Shown: one piece after another, positions 1 to 9,063 of the stretch
How the letters are laid out: the number at the start of each line of letters is the position of its first letter
How positions within the stretch are numbered: position 1 is the first letter of the stretch
Virus record (IMG/VR): IMGVR_UViG_3300045988_129826
DNA: 41,670 nucleotides
Strand: one strand, 5' to 3'
From: a virus
Notes under the pieces: generated by a model
The model's database searches: none
Told to the model about the DNA's origin: nothing
The model's input: only the letters and a program-made list of their open reading frames with translations
Program-made: the position numbers and the translations under genes

Positions 1-55
1 ATCCACTTTGACCACAACTATGAGCTACGGCTGTTGGCCTATATTGATTTTCCCA
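1..55. repeat. 55-nt terminal overlap, left copy (identical to 41616-41670)
   Basis: Read directly: atccactttgaccacaactatgagctacggctgttggcctatattgattttccca is present at both ends. It lies inside an open reading frame. Confidence 0.9.
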
Positions 56-994
56 TCTACTATTGTGCTTCCATGTATCTGTGATTAGTCCAGAAGGAAT
101 AGCTTCATGTCGTTGTCCCATGGGATACATTTTGTCTAAGATGTATTCAGAAGTACAAGATTTAGCATATTCGCTACTTGTTGAAGTGTCTCCACCAGTA
201 CTTCCTCCACCACCACTACTTCCTCCAGTAACAGTTACTGAACAAGAAGTTTCAAATTTTCCATCTGAAGTTCTGAATCTTATTGTTGTTTGACCTTGTC
301 CTACACCTGTTATTCTGTATTTATAGCTTCCTAAATCAGATACACTAGCAATAGCACCATTACTACTCATAAAATCTAAGTTTTTGTTTATAACATCATT
401 CCCAAATAACATTGTTATATCAGCAGTGCCACCACTAACAACAGTAACACTTTCTGGATCAGTTTTTATTCCTGAAGTAACAGTAGTCTGCGTAGCACTA
501 ACATTAACATGAACGTCATAGGGAATATTTCCATCTTCTGTTGTTGCGGTAATTTTAGCATATCCAGCCCTTACTGCCTTTATTAAGCCTGTCGAATTAA
601 CAGTTGCAACACTTGTATTATTTGAAAACCAATTAACATTTTGATTTGTAGCGTTCGCAGGAATTATTCTTGCATTTAGCTGTTTTGTTTGCCCAACTTC
701 TAATTTGACATCCCAGTTATCCACCTCAATACCTGTAACTGGTATTGTATCAGAGTTATCATTTTCCTCATAATAACCTTTTAATTTGCAGTTATAATTA
801 TTGTTACTCATACCGTTTATATCAAATATAGCACTTGTTTGTGTCATGCTCACTTTGTCTTTATAAGTGCTTCCGTTATCTGTGCTTAATTTCACATCAG
901 TTAATGTTTTGTCGCATGTGAAATTAACTGTAACAGTATTTTGATTAATTTTAGACACATTTATAACGCTTGGACTTACCACTAAACTAGCCAT
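1..994 (-). CDS. Tail fibre/receptor-binding protein with Big_2 Ig-like domains, N-terminal part; the gene continues through the contig junction into 41615..41029, about 526 aa in total
   Basis: ATG at 994-992 overlaps the Tal stop (ATGGCTAG), with GGAGGGG upstream. I translated 994->1 by hand and found no stop. Sequence runs MASLVVSPSVINVSKINQNT...; a Big_2-like segment reads VTGIEVDNWDVKLEVGQTKQLNARIIPANATNQNVNWFSNNTSVATVNSTGLIKAVRAGYAKITATTEDG; a Gly/Ser linker reads GGSSGGGGSTGG. The frame is continuous with the ORF ending at 41029. Confidence 0.75.
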   Translation of the reverse strand, partial: MASLVVSPSVINVSKINQNTVTVNFTCDKTLTDVKLSTDNGSTYKDKVSMTQTSAIFDINGMSNNNYNCKLKGYYEENDNSDTIPVTGIEVDNWDVKLEVGQTKQLNARIIPANATNQNVNWFSNNTSVATVNSTGLIKAVRAGYAKITATTEDGNIPYDVHVNVSATQTTVTSGIKTDPESVTVVSGGTADITMLFGNDVINKNLDFMSSNGAIASVSDLGSYKYRITGVGQGQTTIRFRTSDGKFETSCSVTVTGGSSGGGGSTGGDTSTSSEYAKSCTSEYILDKMYPMGQRHEAIPSGLITDTWKHNSRWENQYRPTAVAHSCGQSG

Positions 995-2924
995 TATTTT
1001 CCCCTCCTTCTAATAGTTTATCTATTATTATAATTAAATTATCTATAGAGCTTATATAATTAGTTTCAGATTTAATTAAATCAGCTAATTCAGTTGTATC
1101 TATAAGCATTTCACTTTGTTTTATTATTTCAGTTTGTGCTAATATATCAGTTTTTTCTCTTAATAGATTTTCTCTTTTCTCTTTAAGTATTTTCTTTTCT
1201 ACGTCAGTTAAAACACCATCTTTAAATATATCAAGAACAGAGTTTACTGTAGTATTTACACTATCGTCTATTACCTTATCTATAGATGTAGAATGTATCT
1301 TAAGACTTGTAACATCTAAATTTACATTACCAAAAGAATCTATATCTAATGTCCTTTTACCATTTCCATCAGTAACACTAAGTTGTTTTGCATCTATCCA
1401 GTTACCTTTAATTATTCCTGCTTCCATATAATCAGCTGTTAAAGCACCTACTACAGCCTTTCCTATAGCTGCACTTTCAAAGTAATTATTTAAATCATCC
1501 ACTTTTGTAGTAGTAACTGTAATTTGAGAACTAAATTCTGTCCTATTTCCATGCGTATTTACAGCACAACAACGGAAGTACCACGTTTCATTAGGTTTTG
1601 CTTGAAATAAAAAAGAACTTGTTTGCCCTGCATGTATTAAGTCAAACACATTAGGTGTAAAGTCCTTTGTCTTACTTGCATATAACTCATATTGATAATA
1701 TACCTTATTCTCAAAGGTCCAACTAAGTTCAATATTAGAAAATCCATATAGCTTACTAGTAAGTACAGGAGTGGATGGTAAACTATCAGGGAAATCTCCT
1801 AAGTTGCCATCTTGTCCGGGTGGACCTTGTGGTCCAGGTGGTCCAACTATAGGTTCATCATTTCCACTTCCTCCTATAATATCCCCTAAGGAAGTTCTCG
1901 GCTCTCCTAATTCAATACTTTCGTATCTATTTTTAAGCACATTAAAAACAGTCTTAATAACCTTCGCTTTTGTGTTTATATTATATCTAGTATCTATTAT
2001 AGTAACTGTATCGCAAAGGCTTATTTTATCCTCTAATCCTTCATAACCTACACATTTAGAAAGTGGTATAAAATCAATCTTAAAGTTTTGCTTGGGCATA
2101 TCTACTTTATTATTTTTGTATTCATTTTTTGCAAATTGATTTAGTTTCTCTATAGTTGGAATCTCTCCCTCTTCAAACTTTTCAGAGTAGTCAATTGCTT
2201 TTATGTAAGGATGCGAATAACTGTCTATCAATGAACTATCAATATAACTAGCTTTTACTGTTATTTCTTCACTTGTAGCTTCATCATTATATTTTGCATA
2301 AGGTGATATTCTCGTTACTAAATCAGTCGTATCTTCTTCCAACTCAAATCCAGTTAAATTTTTCTTATACTCAATAGTAACTTCATTATCATATCCCCTT
2401 TTATTTAAAACATGAATGTTTTCATTATCTCTAAGTATTTCAGCCCCAGTTCCAAAAGTGTCAATTATAGATCCTTTCTTCCCTCCTATAGCTTCTAATA
2501 CATTAGCCATAGACATTTTATAATCTTGAGCGTTTACAATATCAGAATAACCTTTATAGTGTTTACTAAAATTAGAATTTCTAAATAATTGATTTAATAC
2601 ATATTCGCAAGACTGGTTTTCAAAAGACACATTATCTATATAGTCATACATTAAATCAAAAGATATATGTCTAGCGTAAACCTCAACCCTATTATTCATT
2701 AGTTTCCTAGTCATATAAATTCTGAATTTCTGATTTAATAAAGTATCATTAGCATTTACAACTACTATATTTTCTTCTTTTACATAATTAAAAAGACTAT
2801 CTGTATTAAGCATTATAAAGCTTAACTCAAATAGCCCATTTCTTTCCTCTTCTACAAAAGCTTCACAAAGAGAATCTATAGCACCATATTTAGTTGTAAA
2901 ATCTTTACTATATAAAGTTATCAC
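987..2924 (-). CDS. Tail-associated protein (Tal-like / prophage endopeptidase-tail family position) with a short collagen-like run and an FN3-like domain
   Basis: 645 aa, directly after the Dit-like gene. Contains GPPGPQGPPGQDG and an FN3-like segment (PSTPVLTSKLYGFSNIELSWTF...WYFRCCAVNTHGNRTEFSSQITVTT), plus a C-terminal coiled coil. Confidence 0.7.
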   Translation of the reverse strand: MITLYSKDFTTKYGAIDSLCEAFVEEERNGLFELSFIMLNTDSLFNYVKEENIVVVNANDTLLNQKFRIYMTRKLMNNRVEVYARHISFDLMYDYIDNVSFENQSCEYVLNQLFRNSNFSKHYKGYSDIVNAQDYKMSMANVLEAIGGKKGSIIDTFGTGAEILRDNENIHVLNKRGYDNEVTIEYKKNLTGFELEEDTTDLVTRISPYAKYNDEATSEEITVKASYIDSSLIDSYSHPYIKAIDYSEKFEEGEIPTIEKLNQFAKNEYKNNKVDMPKQNFKIDFIPLSKCVGYEGLEDKISLCDTVTIIDTRYNINTKAKVIKTVFNVLKNRYESIELGEPRTSLGDIIGGSGNDEPIVGPPGPQGPPGQDGNLGDFPDSLPSTPVLTSKLYGFSNIELSWTFENKVYYQYELYASKTKDFTPNVFDLIHAGQTSSFLFQAKPNETWYFRCCAVNTHGNRTEFSSQITVTTTKVDDLNNYFESAAIGKAVVGALTADYMEAGIIKGNWIDAKQLSVTDGNGKRTLDIDSFGNVNLDVTSLKIHSTSIDKVIDDSVNTTVNSVLDIFKDGVLTDVEKKILKEKRENLLREKTDILAQTEIIKQSEMLIDTTELADLIKSETNYISSIDNLIIIIDKLLEGGENNG

Positions 2925-3307
2925 TATAAATCACTCTCCCTATAAGCTTTAAATTGTAAAAGTATTTCATTAAAGTTTTTAACTATCTCATTAAAATCAA
3001 TCTGACCTACAAATATAGCTTTTAAAATAGTACCATCATTAAATATTAAATCTTGATAACCATTAGAACTATTTAACCAATTATCAAGCCTTGTAGCATA
3101 AGTTACAGTATCAATATCTCTACAATCTATATATGCTTCTATTGATATATCAAGCATTTCTCTGCAACCTTCATCAATTATTAAATTATCTGTCCTTCCT
3201 TGAACTTCTACAAATTCAAGCTTTTTCTTAGGGATAGAAAGGTGATTAGATTGTTTTATTTTAATATTAAATTCTCTGCTACTTATACCATTAAAAGTAA
3301 ATTCCAT
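2924..3307 (-). CDS. Distal tail protein (Dit)-like, short form
   Basis: 127 aa, located between tape measure and Tal. The N-terminus MEFTFNGISSREFNIKI is typical of siphovirus tail-family proteins. ATGA-type coupling to neighbours. Confidence 0.5.
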   Translation of the reverse strand: MEFTFNGISSREFNIKIKQSNHLSIPKKKLEFVEVQGRTDNLIIDEGCREMLDISIEAYIDCRDIDTVTYATRLDNWLNSSNGYQDLIFNDGTILKAIFVGQIDFNEIVKNFNEILLQFKAYRESDL

Positions 3308-5437
3308 CTAAAAAGCACCCCCCATTCCTATTTTTTTCCTACTTAGATAGAAAGCTAGTTCATTAGCTAAATATTCTATGTCTTTATCTGTATTATTATT
3401 AAAGTTTTCTATATTAAGATTTATCATGTTATCTTTCGCTTGTTTTGTATATTGTGAACTATTAATAGTAGTTTTAATTCCTTTTAAATTAGCATTATAT
3501 CCTCCTATAACACTATTAGAAAGACCCTTACTTGATTTAGTCACTCTATCATTTTCACTATCTATACCTATTGCAAGCCCTTCTCCAGTCCATTTACCAA
3601 ATTGAGTAAATACTTTAGAAGGAGAATTTATACCAAGTGCTTTTTTAGCTGCATTAACTGCTCCACTTACTACTCCCTTTATAGCTCCTACAACATTACT
3701 AGCCATACCTTTAATACCATTGATTAGTCCTTGTATCATATCTCTACCAACCTGAACTAAGTTAATATTTTTAATAACATTTACAGCTTGTGTCATAAAG
3801 TTTTTTACAGTTGTAGGTACTTGTCTTATATTTGAAGTAACAGCACTTAATAAGTTAGACATCATAGTCTTTGCTACACTCCACAACGCTTGAAATGCAT
3901 TAGCACCAAAAGTTCTAAGAGTATTAAAATTGCTAGTACCTGTCGATACTAAATTCTTAATAAAATTTATACATGCAGAAATACCACCACTAAAGAAGCC
4001 TTTAATTGAATTCCACATATTACTAATAATATTAGGAATTGACTTCCCAAAATTTTTAATCATGTTAGGTATATTGACTGCAAATTGAACCTGCATCCAA
4101 TTCCATATTAACTTTATAGCATTGCTAAATATTTGTTTTATACTTTCCCAGCATCCTTTAAAGTTACCCTGGAATAAATTTTGGAAAAAGTTAATTATTC
4201 CATCTATGATCGCTAATCCACTTTGAACAACATTACCTATAGCTGTTATCGTAGACATAATAAATCCAGCTATAAAATTCCAAGCAAAACTTACTACTGT
4301 GGTAATTAATGCTCCATGTTCATCCCAAAATGCTGTCATAGATTGAATTATAACTCCTACAGTATCTCCCATAGTTTGGAATATAGCTATAGCAGTTTGT
4401 ACAAACGGTTCTATCCCTGGTGCAAACCTTTGTATAGTTCCCATTAAACCATTTTCAGATAAAGAACTTATTACATTTTCAACATAAGGTAATACATTTT
4501 CTAGGCCCTGCTTTAATTTATCAAATATCGGTTGAGCTAGTATACCTGCAGCTTGACTCATATTATCTTTTAATGTACTTACCATACCACTAAAAGACTT
4601 AGATTGCTTTTGCATCCCACCTTCTACACCTTTAGCTAAATTATCTAACGCAGCTTGATATATGTCTGCTGATATTTTACCTTCACTGGCCCATTTTTTA
4701 ACTTCTGATGTATTTATTCCTAACTCTTCTGCTATGGCTTTAAAAATCGGGATACCTCTATCTTGAAGTATATTTAAGTCTTCTGTATATGCTACTCCAG
4801 CCTGTTTAACTTGAGCATATTGTCTAACCATTTCTTGAAGTGAATCAGCCTGAATACCAAATGCTCCAGATAAATCTCCAAACTTAGTTAACTGATCAAA
4901 TAGTGATTGCCCTTCAAATCCTGCGTTATGAAGTTGAGTAGCCATAGCTTCAACTCCCATTTTTTCAAATGGTGTAGTTGCTGCAAACTTTTCTATGTCT
5001 TTAAGCATTTTATTTGCTTTCTCTTGAGATCCTAAAAGTGTTTCCCATTTTATAGATGAAGTTTCAAGAGTTGCATTGTAATCTATACCTGCTTTAGTTG
5101 CATTTACAAATCCAGTTACAAGATTTTTACCAACATCATAAATCATAAAAGACACTATATTTGCACTGACTTTTTTTATCACACCATTTAAGCTATTAAG
5201 CTCTCCTTTTACCTTCCGTGAATTACTAGTACCTTTGTGACCTACTTCATCCCAAGCTTTGGCCATAGCCTCTTTTTGTGTCATTCCAGTTTTTCTGTAT
5301 TCGGCAGCTAGACTCATAACTTGAGATTTTATGCTTTTAGTTGTAGTATTAGCCTTAGAAGTAGCACTACTCATACCTTTATCAAAGTTTGATGTATCAG
5401 CCTTTAGTTTTACAAATAACTCACCTATAGTAGCCAT
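3308..5437 (-). CDS. Tail tape measure protein
   Basis: 709 aa, the largest ORF of the tail module, immediately downstream of the chaperone pair. Helical N-terminus, hydrophobic Gly/Ala/Ile-rich central region. Confidence 0.85.
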   Translation of the reverse strand: MATIGELFVKLKADTSNFDKGMSSATSKANTTTKSIKSQVMSLAAEYRKTGMTQKEAMAKAWDEVGHKGTSNSRKVKGELNSLNGVIKKVSANIVSFMIYDVGKNLVTGFVNATKAGIDYNATLETSSIKWETLLGSQEKANKMLKDIEKFAATTPFEKMGVEAMATQLHNAGFEGQSLFDQLTKFGDLSGAFGIQADSLQEMVRQYAQVKQAGVAYTEDLNILQDRGIPIFKAIAEELGINTSEVKKWASEGKISADIYQAALDNLAKGVEGGMQKQSKSFSGMVSTLKDNMSQAAGILAQPIFDKLKQGLENVLPYVENVISSLSENGLMGTIQRFAPGIEPFVQTAIAIFQTMGDTVGVIIQSMTAFWDEHGALITTVVSFAWNFIAGFIMSTITAIGNVVQSGLAIIDGIINFFQNLFQGNFKGCWESIKQIFSNAIKLIWNWMQVQFAVNIPNMIKNFGKSIPNIISNMWNSIKGFFSGGISACINFIKNLVSTGTSNFNTLRTFGANAFQALWSVAKTMMSNLLSAVTSNIRQVPTTVKNFMTQAVNVIKNINLVQVGRDMIQGLINGIKGMASNVVGAIKGVVSGAVNAAKKALGINSPSKVFTQFGKWTGEGLAIGIDSENDRVTKSSKGLSNSVIGGYNANLKGIKTTINSSQYTKQAKDNMINLNIENFNNNTDKDIEYLANELAFYLSRKKIGMGGAF

Positions 5438-5483
5438 TATCTCACCTCACTTTCTACTTGAGGTAATAAAAAAGTGCCTATTT

Positions 5484-6148
5484 CTAAGCACTTATCTTAA
5501 TTCCTGTATTTGTAATCTTATATTTAAGACCATTTTGTTTAGCAAATTCTATTAATTCTAAATCATCTTGGGTTAATTCTCTTTTATTCTGTAAAGTAGG
5601 GTATTCTCCAATTAGGCTTTCAATATCATCAACATCTCCACCTAAGCACTGTATGATCCATAACCCTAACTTAGCAAATTTACTCATATCTTCGTAATAA
5701 TTAACTTGCTTAAAATAAACTGCTATATCTGAATTAAACATTTCAAACTTTTCTCTAACAGTTAATTCTTCTATATCAATTTTATTATATCCATATTCTT
5801 TAGCAAAGAAAATTAACTCCTCTATGCTAATTTCATAACTTGAGAAATAACCTTCTTTGCTCCTATAAAATTTACCTCTATAAACGCTTTTAATAGTTCC
5901 TCTACTTCAGATATATATGCATTTTCTATATCTTCTACAGTTAACTGGGGGAATATAATAGTTATTTTATCCTCTAACTGTTCAAATATAATATTAAATA
6001 TATCATCAGTTGTTCTATTATCTAAATCAGTTTTTAATAAATCATTAAAACTAAGTGATATATCTTTAGATAATTGTTTTAACTCTTTTATTTTCTTTTC
6101 TACAACTGTTATTTCTTTATCTCCAAATTTGACAACTTTATTTCTCAT
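5484..6148 (-). CDS. Tail assembly chaperone G-T fusion made by a putative -1 programmed frameshift at A_AAT_TTT (5873-5867)
   Basis: The frame of ORF 5484..5741 stays open upstream, past the gpG stop at 5822, and is the -1 frame relative to gpG. The zero-frame reading gtA AAT TTT ata gives an X_XXY_YYZ heptamer. Confidence 0.5.
5822..6148 (-). CDS. Tail assembly chaperone (gpG-like)
   Basis: 108-aa acidic ORF between the major tail protein and the tape measure. A slippery heptamer lies near its 3' end. Confidence 0.6.
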   Translation of the reverse strand: MRNKVVKFGDKEITVVEKKIKELKQLSKDISLSFNDLLKTDLDNRTTDDIFNIIFEQLEDKITIIFPQLTVEDIENAYISEVEELLKAFIEVNFIGAKKVISQVMKLA

Positions 6149-6171
6149 ATTAATATTCTCCCTTTATACAA

Positions 6172-6570
6172 TTAATCATTAAGTCCATTTAATTTTCCAT
6201 TACCTTTTGCTTTTATAGATATTTTTAATTTATCCTTAACAGATGTATCTATATCAATTCCAGTTATTTTTATATTCCCACTAAAATCTTCTTTCTCAGC
6301 AGTCTTATCTACATATAGCTTTATAGGTAAATTTTCTCCGCTAACTAAAGCTGCCATCACTGCCTTTTGGCCTGTAGTATCTGCTTTATTAAAAGTACCT
6401 TCCATAGATACTTCCCAAGATTTTGTTGTAACTTCAGTTTCTTCCCATCCGTCAGAATCAAAACTAGTTGTATCTACTTCATTAGCTTTTATGCTAAGTT
6501 TCCAATTTTCCATTTTAGTAATAGAGTTTTCTCCAGTTTTTATTGCTCCTTTTTCTCCGGTAAATGCCAT
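6172..6570 (-). CDS. Major tail protein
   Basis: 132 aa, positioned before the chaperones. Ser/Thr/Gly-rich beta-type sequence (WKLSIKANEVDTTSFDSDGWEE...SWEVSMEGTF) typical of small siphovirus major tail proteins. Confidence 0.65.
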   Translation of the reverse strand: MAFTGEKGAIKTGENSITKMENWKLSIKANEVDTTSFDSDGWEETEVTTKSWEVSMEGTFNKADTTGQKAVMAALVSGENLPIKLYVDKTAEKEDFSGNIKITGIDIDTSVKDKLKISIKAKGNGKLNGLND

Positions 6571-6911
6571 TACTTAACACCTTCTTTCGATATTATATAA
6601 TTCACACTAAACTCACTTCTTCCCTTTTCATCCTTACCTATAGAAAAAGGGCTTTGTTGTGGTTTATATCCTTCTAATTTATTTAATAGACTAAATATAT
6701 CTTGAATTACCTTCTCTCCTTTAGGATAGCTTTTATTTCTAGATATAATTTGAAGTCCAATATATTCAATAGTAGTATCATCAAAATAAAAAGTAGGTTC
6801 TAATCCAGTTGTACTGAATAAACCTACTCCATCTCCATCAACTATACTTCCTATAGTTATAGTTTCATTTATTCCATTTTGTTCTAGGTATTGTTTTATA
6901 TATCTAAACAT
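6570..6911 (-). CDS. Tail completion/terminator-like neck protein
   Basis: 113 aa. Assigned by position between the HK97 gp10-like gene and the major tail gene. Overlapping start/stop codons. Confidence 0.4.
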   Translation of the reverse strand: MFRYIKQYLEQNGINETITIGSIVDGDGVGLFSTTGLEPTFYFDDTTIEYIGLQIISRNKSYPKGEKVIQDIFSLLNKLEGYKPQQSPFSIGKDEKGRSEFSVNYIISKEGVK

Positions 6912-7272
6912 TTAATGCTCCTTTCAGAACATCTTTTATTCTTTTAATATATACTGACTGATTTTCTCTAAAAGGCCTTTCTAAGAATTTAGCACCTCCA
7001 CCTCTTTTAAAGTTAAAGTGTATTCCTTCATGTTGCCTTCTTGTATAAGGTAAACTAGATCCAACTTGCCAATGCATAGGGCCTTTTCTTCTAGGTCTTG
7101 CTAACTCACCTCGTAAATCTCCACTTTCTACTGGTGCAGCTTTACTACTTTTACTTCCTAAATCTAAAGCTATATCTGCTAATTCTTCCTCTGCTACATC
7201 TGGGATTTCTTTAGCTAACTTATTTAGATTTTTAAGTAACTCATCTAGTCCTTCTATTTCTATATTGCTCAT
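6904..7272 (-). CDS. HK97 gp10-family head-tail joining protein
   Basis: 122 aa. The N-terminus IEGLDELLKNLNKLAKEIPDVAEEEL and the motif FLERPFRENQ resemble the HK97 gp10 family. Confidence 0.6.
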   Translation of the reverse strand: MSNIEIEGLDELLKNLNKLAKEIPDVAEEELADIALDLGSKSSKAAPVESGDLRGELARPRRKGPMHWQVGSSLPYTRRQHEGIHFNFKRGGGAKFLERPFRENQSVYIKRIKDVLKGALNV

Positions 7273-7565
7273 AGTAAATAACCTTTATAGCCTATAACAC
7301 CTTCTAAATCCACTATAGAATTTACAGCTATAACCTTTCGATTATCTATATAGTCACCTACTTTTATACGCTCATAGCACTGTATAATACCATCAGATAC
7401 AACTTCCTCACCTTTGTCATTGACAATACGTTTAAATCTATCTATTAACCTACATTCAACTTCTTTTGCTTCACCAAATATAGGTTCATTGTACTCATCT
7501 ATACCTATCAATGATTTTAATATAACCATCTGATTTAAGTAATCTCTTAACATATAGAAGCACAT
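7269..7565 (-). CDS. Head closure / head-tail adaptor protein
   Basis: 98 aa. Assigned by position between the gp6-like connector and the gp10-like gene. ATGA overlap. Confidence 0.45.
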   Translation of the reverse strand: MCFYMLRDYLNQMVILKSLIGIDEYNEPIFGEAKEVECRLIDRFKRIVNDKGEEVVSDGIIQCYERIKVGDYIDNRKVIAVNSIVDLEGVIGYKGYLL

Positions 7566-7921
7566 CCTATCAAATAAGGTTTTAAATATTCTATAGCTTC
7601 AGTACAGACCTTCTTACTAGCTTTAGAAATATCATAACTTTCACTAAGTCCCTCTACATTAAAACTAGTAACTCCTTGTTCTATTAATCTAGATCTTTGA
7701 GTATTTTGAGTTTTAATAAGATATAAAGCTTGCTCACATATAGCTTTCTTTAAATTATCTTCCTTATATTCATCAGTATATTTACTAAATCTAAGTCTAT
7801 TAATTTGATTACTAGCCATTTTAAGTGATTGTTCTTGTTTATTATTTTCAGCCATTAACCAATCCTCTGCAAATAGCCTTTCATTATAAAAATAACTATA
7901 AGCATCTTCTATTGTTATCAT
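7547..7921 (-). CDS. Head-tail connector (gp6-like, DNA-packaging family)
   Basis: 124 aa, the first gene after the capsid region. Helical, with a QALYLIK...SFNVEGLSESY pattern typical of gp6-like connectors. Confidence 0.55.
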   Translation of the reverse strand: MITIEDAYSYFYNERLFAEDWLMAENNKQEQSLKMASNQINRLRFSKYTDEYKEDNLKKAICEQALYLIKTQNTQRSRLIEQGVTSFNVEGLSESYDISKASKKVCTEAIEYLKPYLIGCASIC

Positions 7922-7954
7922 ATAATCACCTACTTAAAATAAAAGAAGCTAGGA

Positions 7955-8089
7955 TTAACCTAACTTCTCTATTAATTCAGCTTTCTTTATTTTAGAATCA
8001 AATTCTATTCCTTTTTCTATTGCTATATCTTTTAGTTCAGCAACCGTTAAAGTCTCATAATCTAATTCTTGACCTTGTGGTTCTTCCAC
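7955..8089 (-). CDS. Small SAP/Rho_N-like (HeH) domain ORF downstream of the capsid gene; start uncertain (GTG at 8089, frame open up to about 8167)
   Basis: Hand translation gives ...VEEPQGQELDYETLTVAELKDIAIEKGIEFDSKIKKAELIEKLG*. TVAELKDIA...KAELIEKL is a Rho-N/SAP-type helix-extended-helix signature. No ATG in frame. Confidence 0.35.
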   Translation of the reverse strand: MEEPQGQELDYETLTVAELKDIAIEKGIEFDSKIKKAELIEKLG

Positions 8090-8153
8090 ATCTTCGACTA
8101 ACTCAGCTTCATCATCATTTAATTCTGTAGCTGGTATTGAAGCACTTCGTGTG

Positions 8154-9053
8154 CTAGAGTTCTTTAGGCTTTAAAACAGCGAACGCATCATCTTTTATAG
8201 GTAAGTAAGCTATTCTCATTGTAGCTTTTATCGCTATCATATCATTCTCTGCTAAAGATAATGGCTTCCCATCACCCATTGTAACTGATTGTAAAGTAGC
8301 TTCTTTTAGTATCTCAAACTCTATACCTTGTCTTATGCCTACTATAGACTTTGACCAGTCAGCAGCTATTAATTCAGCTTTCGTAGTATCAAAAGAACCA
8401 TTTCTTACAAATGATAAAGGTAAATCATATAAAGAATTTTCTTTCATACCTAAAACAGCTAATTGATTTCCATTAGCATCTCTTAAATTTCTTAACTTCC
8501 TTTTTAATCCATAATGACCTGCAAATCCATTCGGATCCAGGTTTTTATCTTCTATAGCTCCCATTAAATCAGATATATCTAAATCTAATGATTGAGTATC
8601 TATAGTGACTGTATTTTCTGCATCTGTAGCAGATTTGTATACGTTTTTATCAAATGGTGAATTTGTTCCAAATAAACAAGCTTTATCTATTGTTGTATAA
8701 AATGCTTCTGCTATTTGAGGCTTTAATTCATTAAATACATCTATTGTTGTATCATTTAATTTTTCTCTGGTTACAGGTATTATTACAGCTATTTTTTTAG
8801 CAACCATTTCAGGGAATATCCAAGAAGCTTTTGAAGTATTTATTCTTTCACTTTCACCTACCCAATAAGCTCCTGGCTTATCTGCCCAAACTTGAAATTT
8901 CATTGTATCAGATTTCATTTGTTTTACATCTGATAATTGTAATATTGATGAACCTCTAGCTATTTCATCCATTATACCTGGAGCAACCTCCGTTGGTACA
9001 AATCCTTTTAAATTGTCTTTTAAATATTTTTCATCTGCCATACTAAGCACCAT
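8154..9053 (-). CDS. Major capsid protein (HK97-fold family, no delta domain); likely start is the ATG at 9041
   Basis: 299 aa following a separate scaffold gene. The pattern GAYWVGESERINTSKASW...AVIIPVTREKLNDTTIDVF...ACLFG matches the HK97-type capsid core. Confidence 0.8.
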   Translation of the reverse strand: MVLSMADEKYLKDNLKGFVPTEVAPGIMDEIARGSSILQLSDVKQMKSDTMKFQVWADKPGAYWVGESERINTSKASWIFPEMVAKKIAVIIPVTREKLNDTTIDVFNELKPQIAEAFYTTIDKACLFGTNSPFDKNVYKSATDAENTVTIDTQSLDLDISDLMGAIEDKNLDPNGFAGHYGLKRKLRNLRDANGNQLAVLGMKENSLYDLPLSFVRNGSFDTTKAELIAADWSKSIVGIRQGIEFEILKEATLQSVTMGDGKPLSLAENDMIAIKATMRIAYLPIKDDAFAVLKPKEL

Positions 9054-9063
9054 CCTTTTATAA

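Noticed and set aside
63-293. Plus-strand ORF of 76 aa at the window start. The same class includes plus-strand ORFs 3378..3605, 5331..5555, 6367..6600, 10631..10876, 18290..18517, 19504..19698, 19578..19790, 21890..22144, 28414..28620, 29669..29878, 31290..31526, 34383..34580, 36716..36973, 39734..39922, 39904..40173 and 40904..41119.
   Set aside because: All lie antisense inside longer, well-supported minus-strand genes. They have Phe/Leu/Ser/Ile-rich low-complexity translations typical of the reverse strand of Lys/Glu/Asn-rich AT-rich genes, and they lack RBS motifs.
1771-2046. Plus-strand Pro/Gly-rich ORF (91 aa)
   Set aside because: It is the antisense reading of the collagen-like/FN3 part of the Tal gene. 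The Gly/Pro richness is a mirror of the GPPGPQGPPG coding run.
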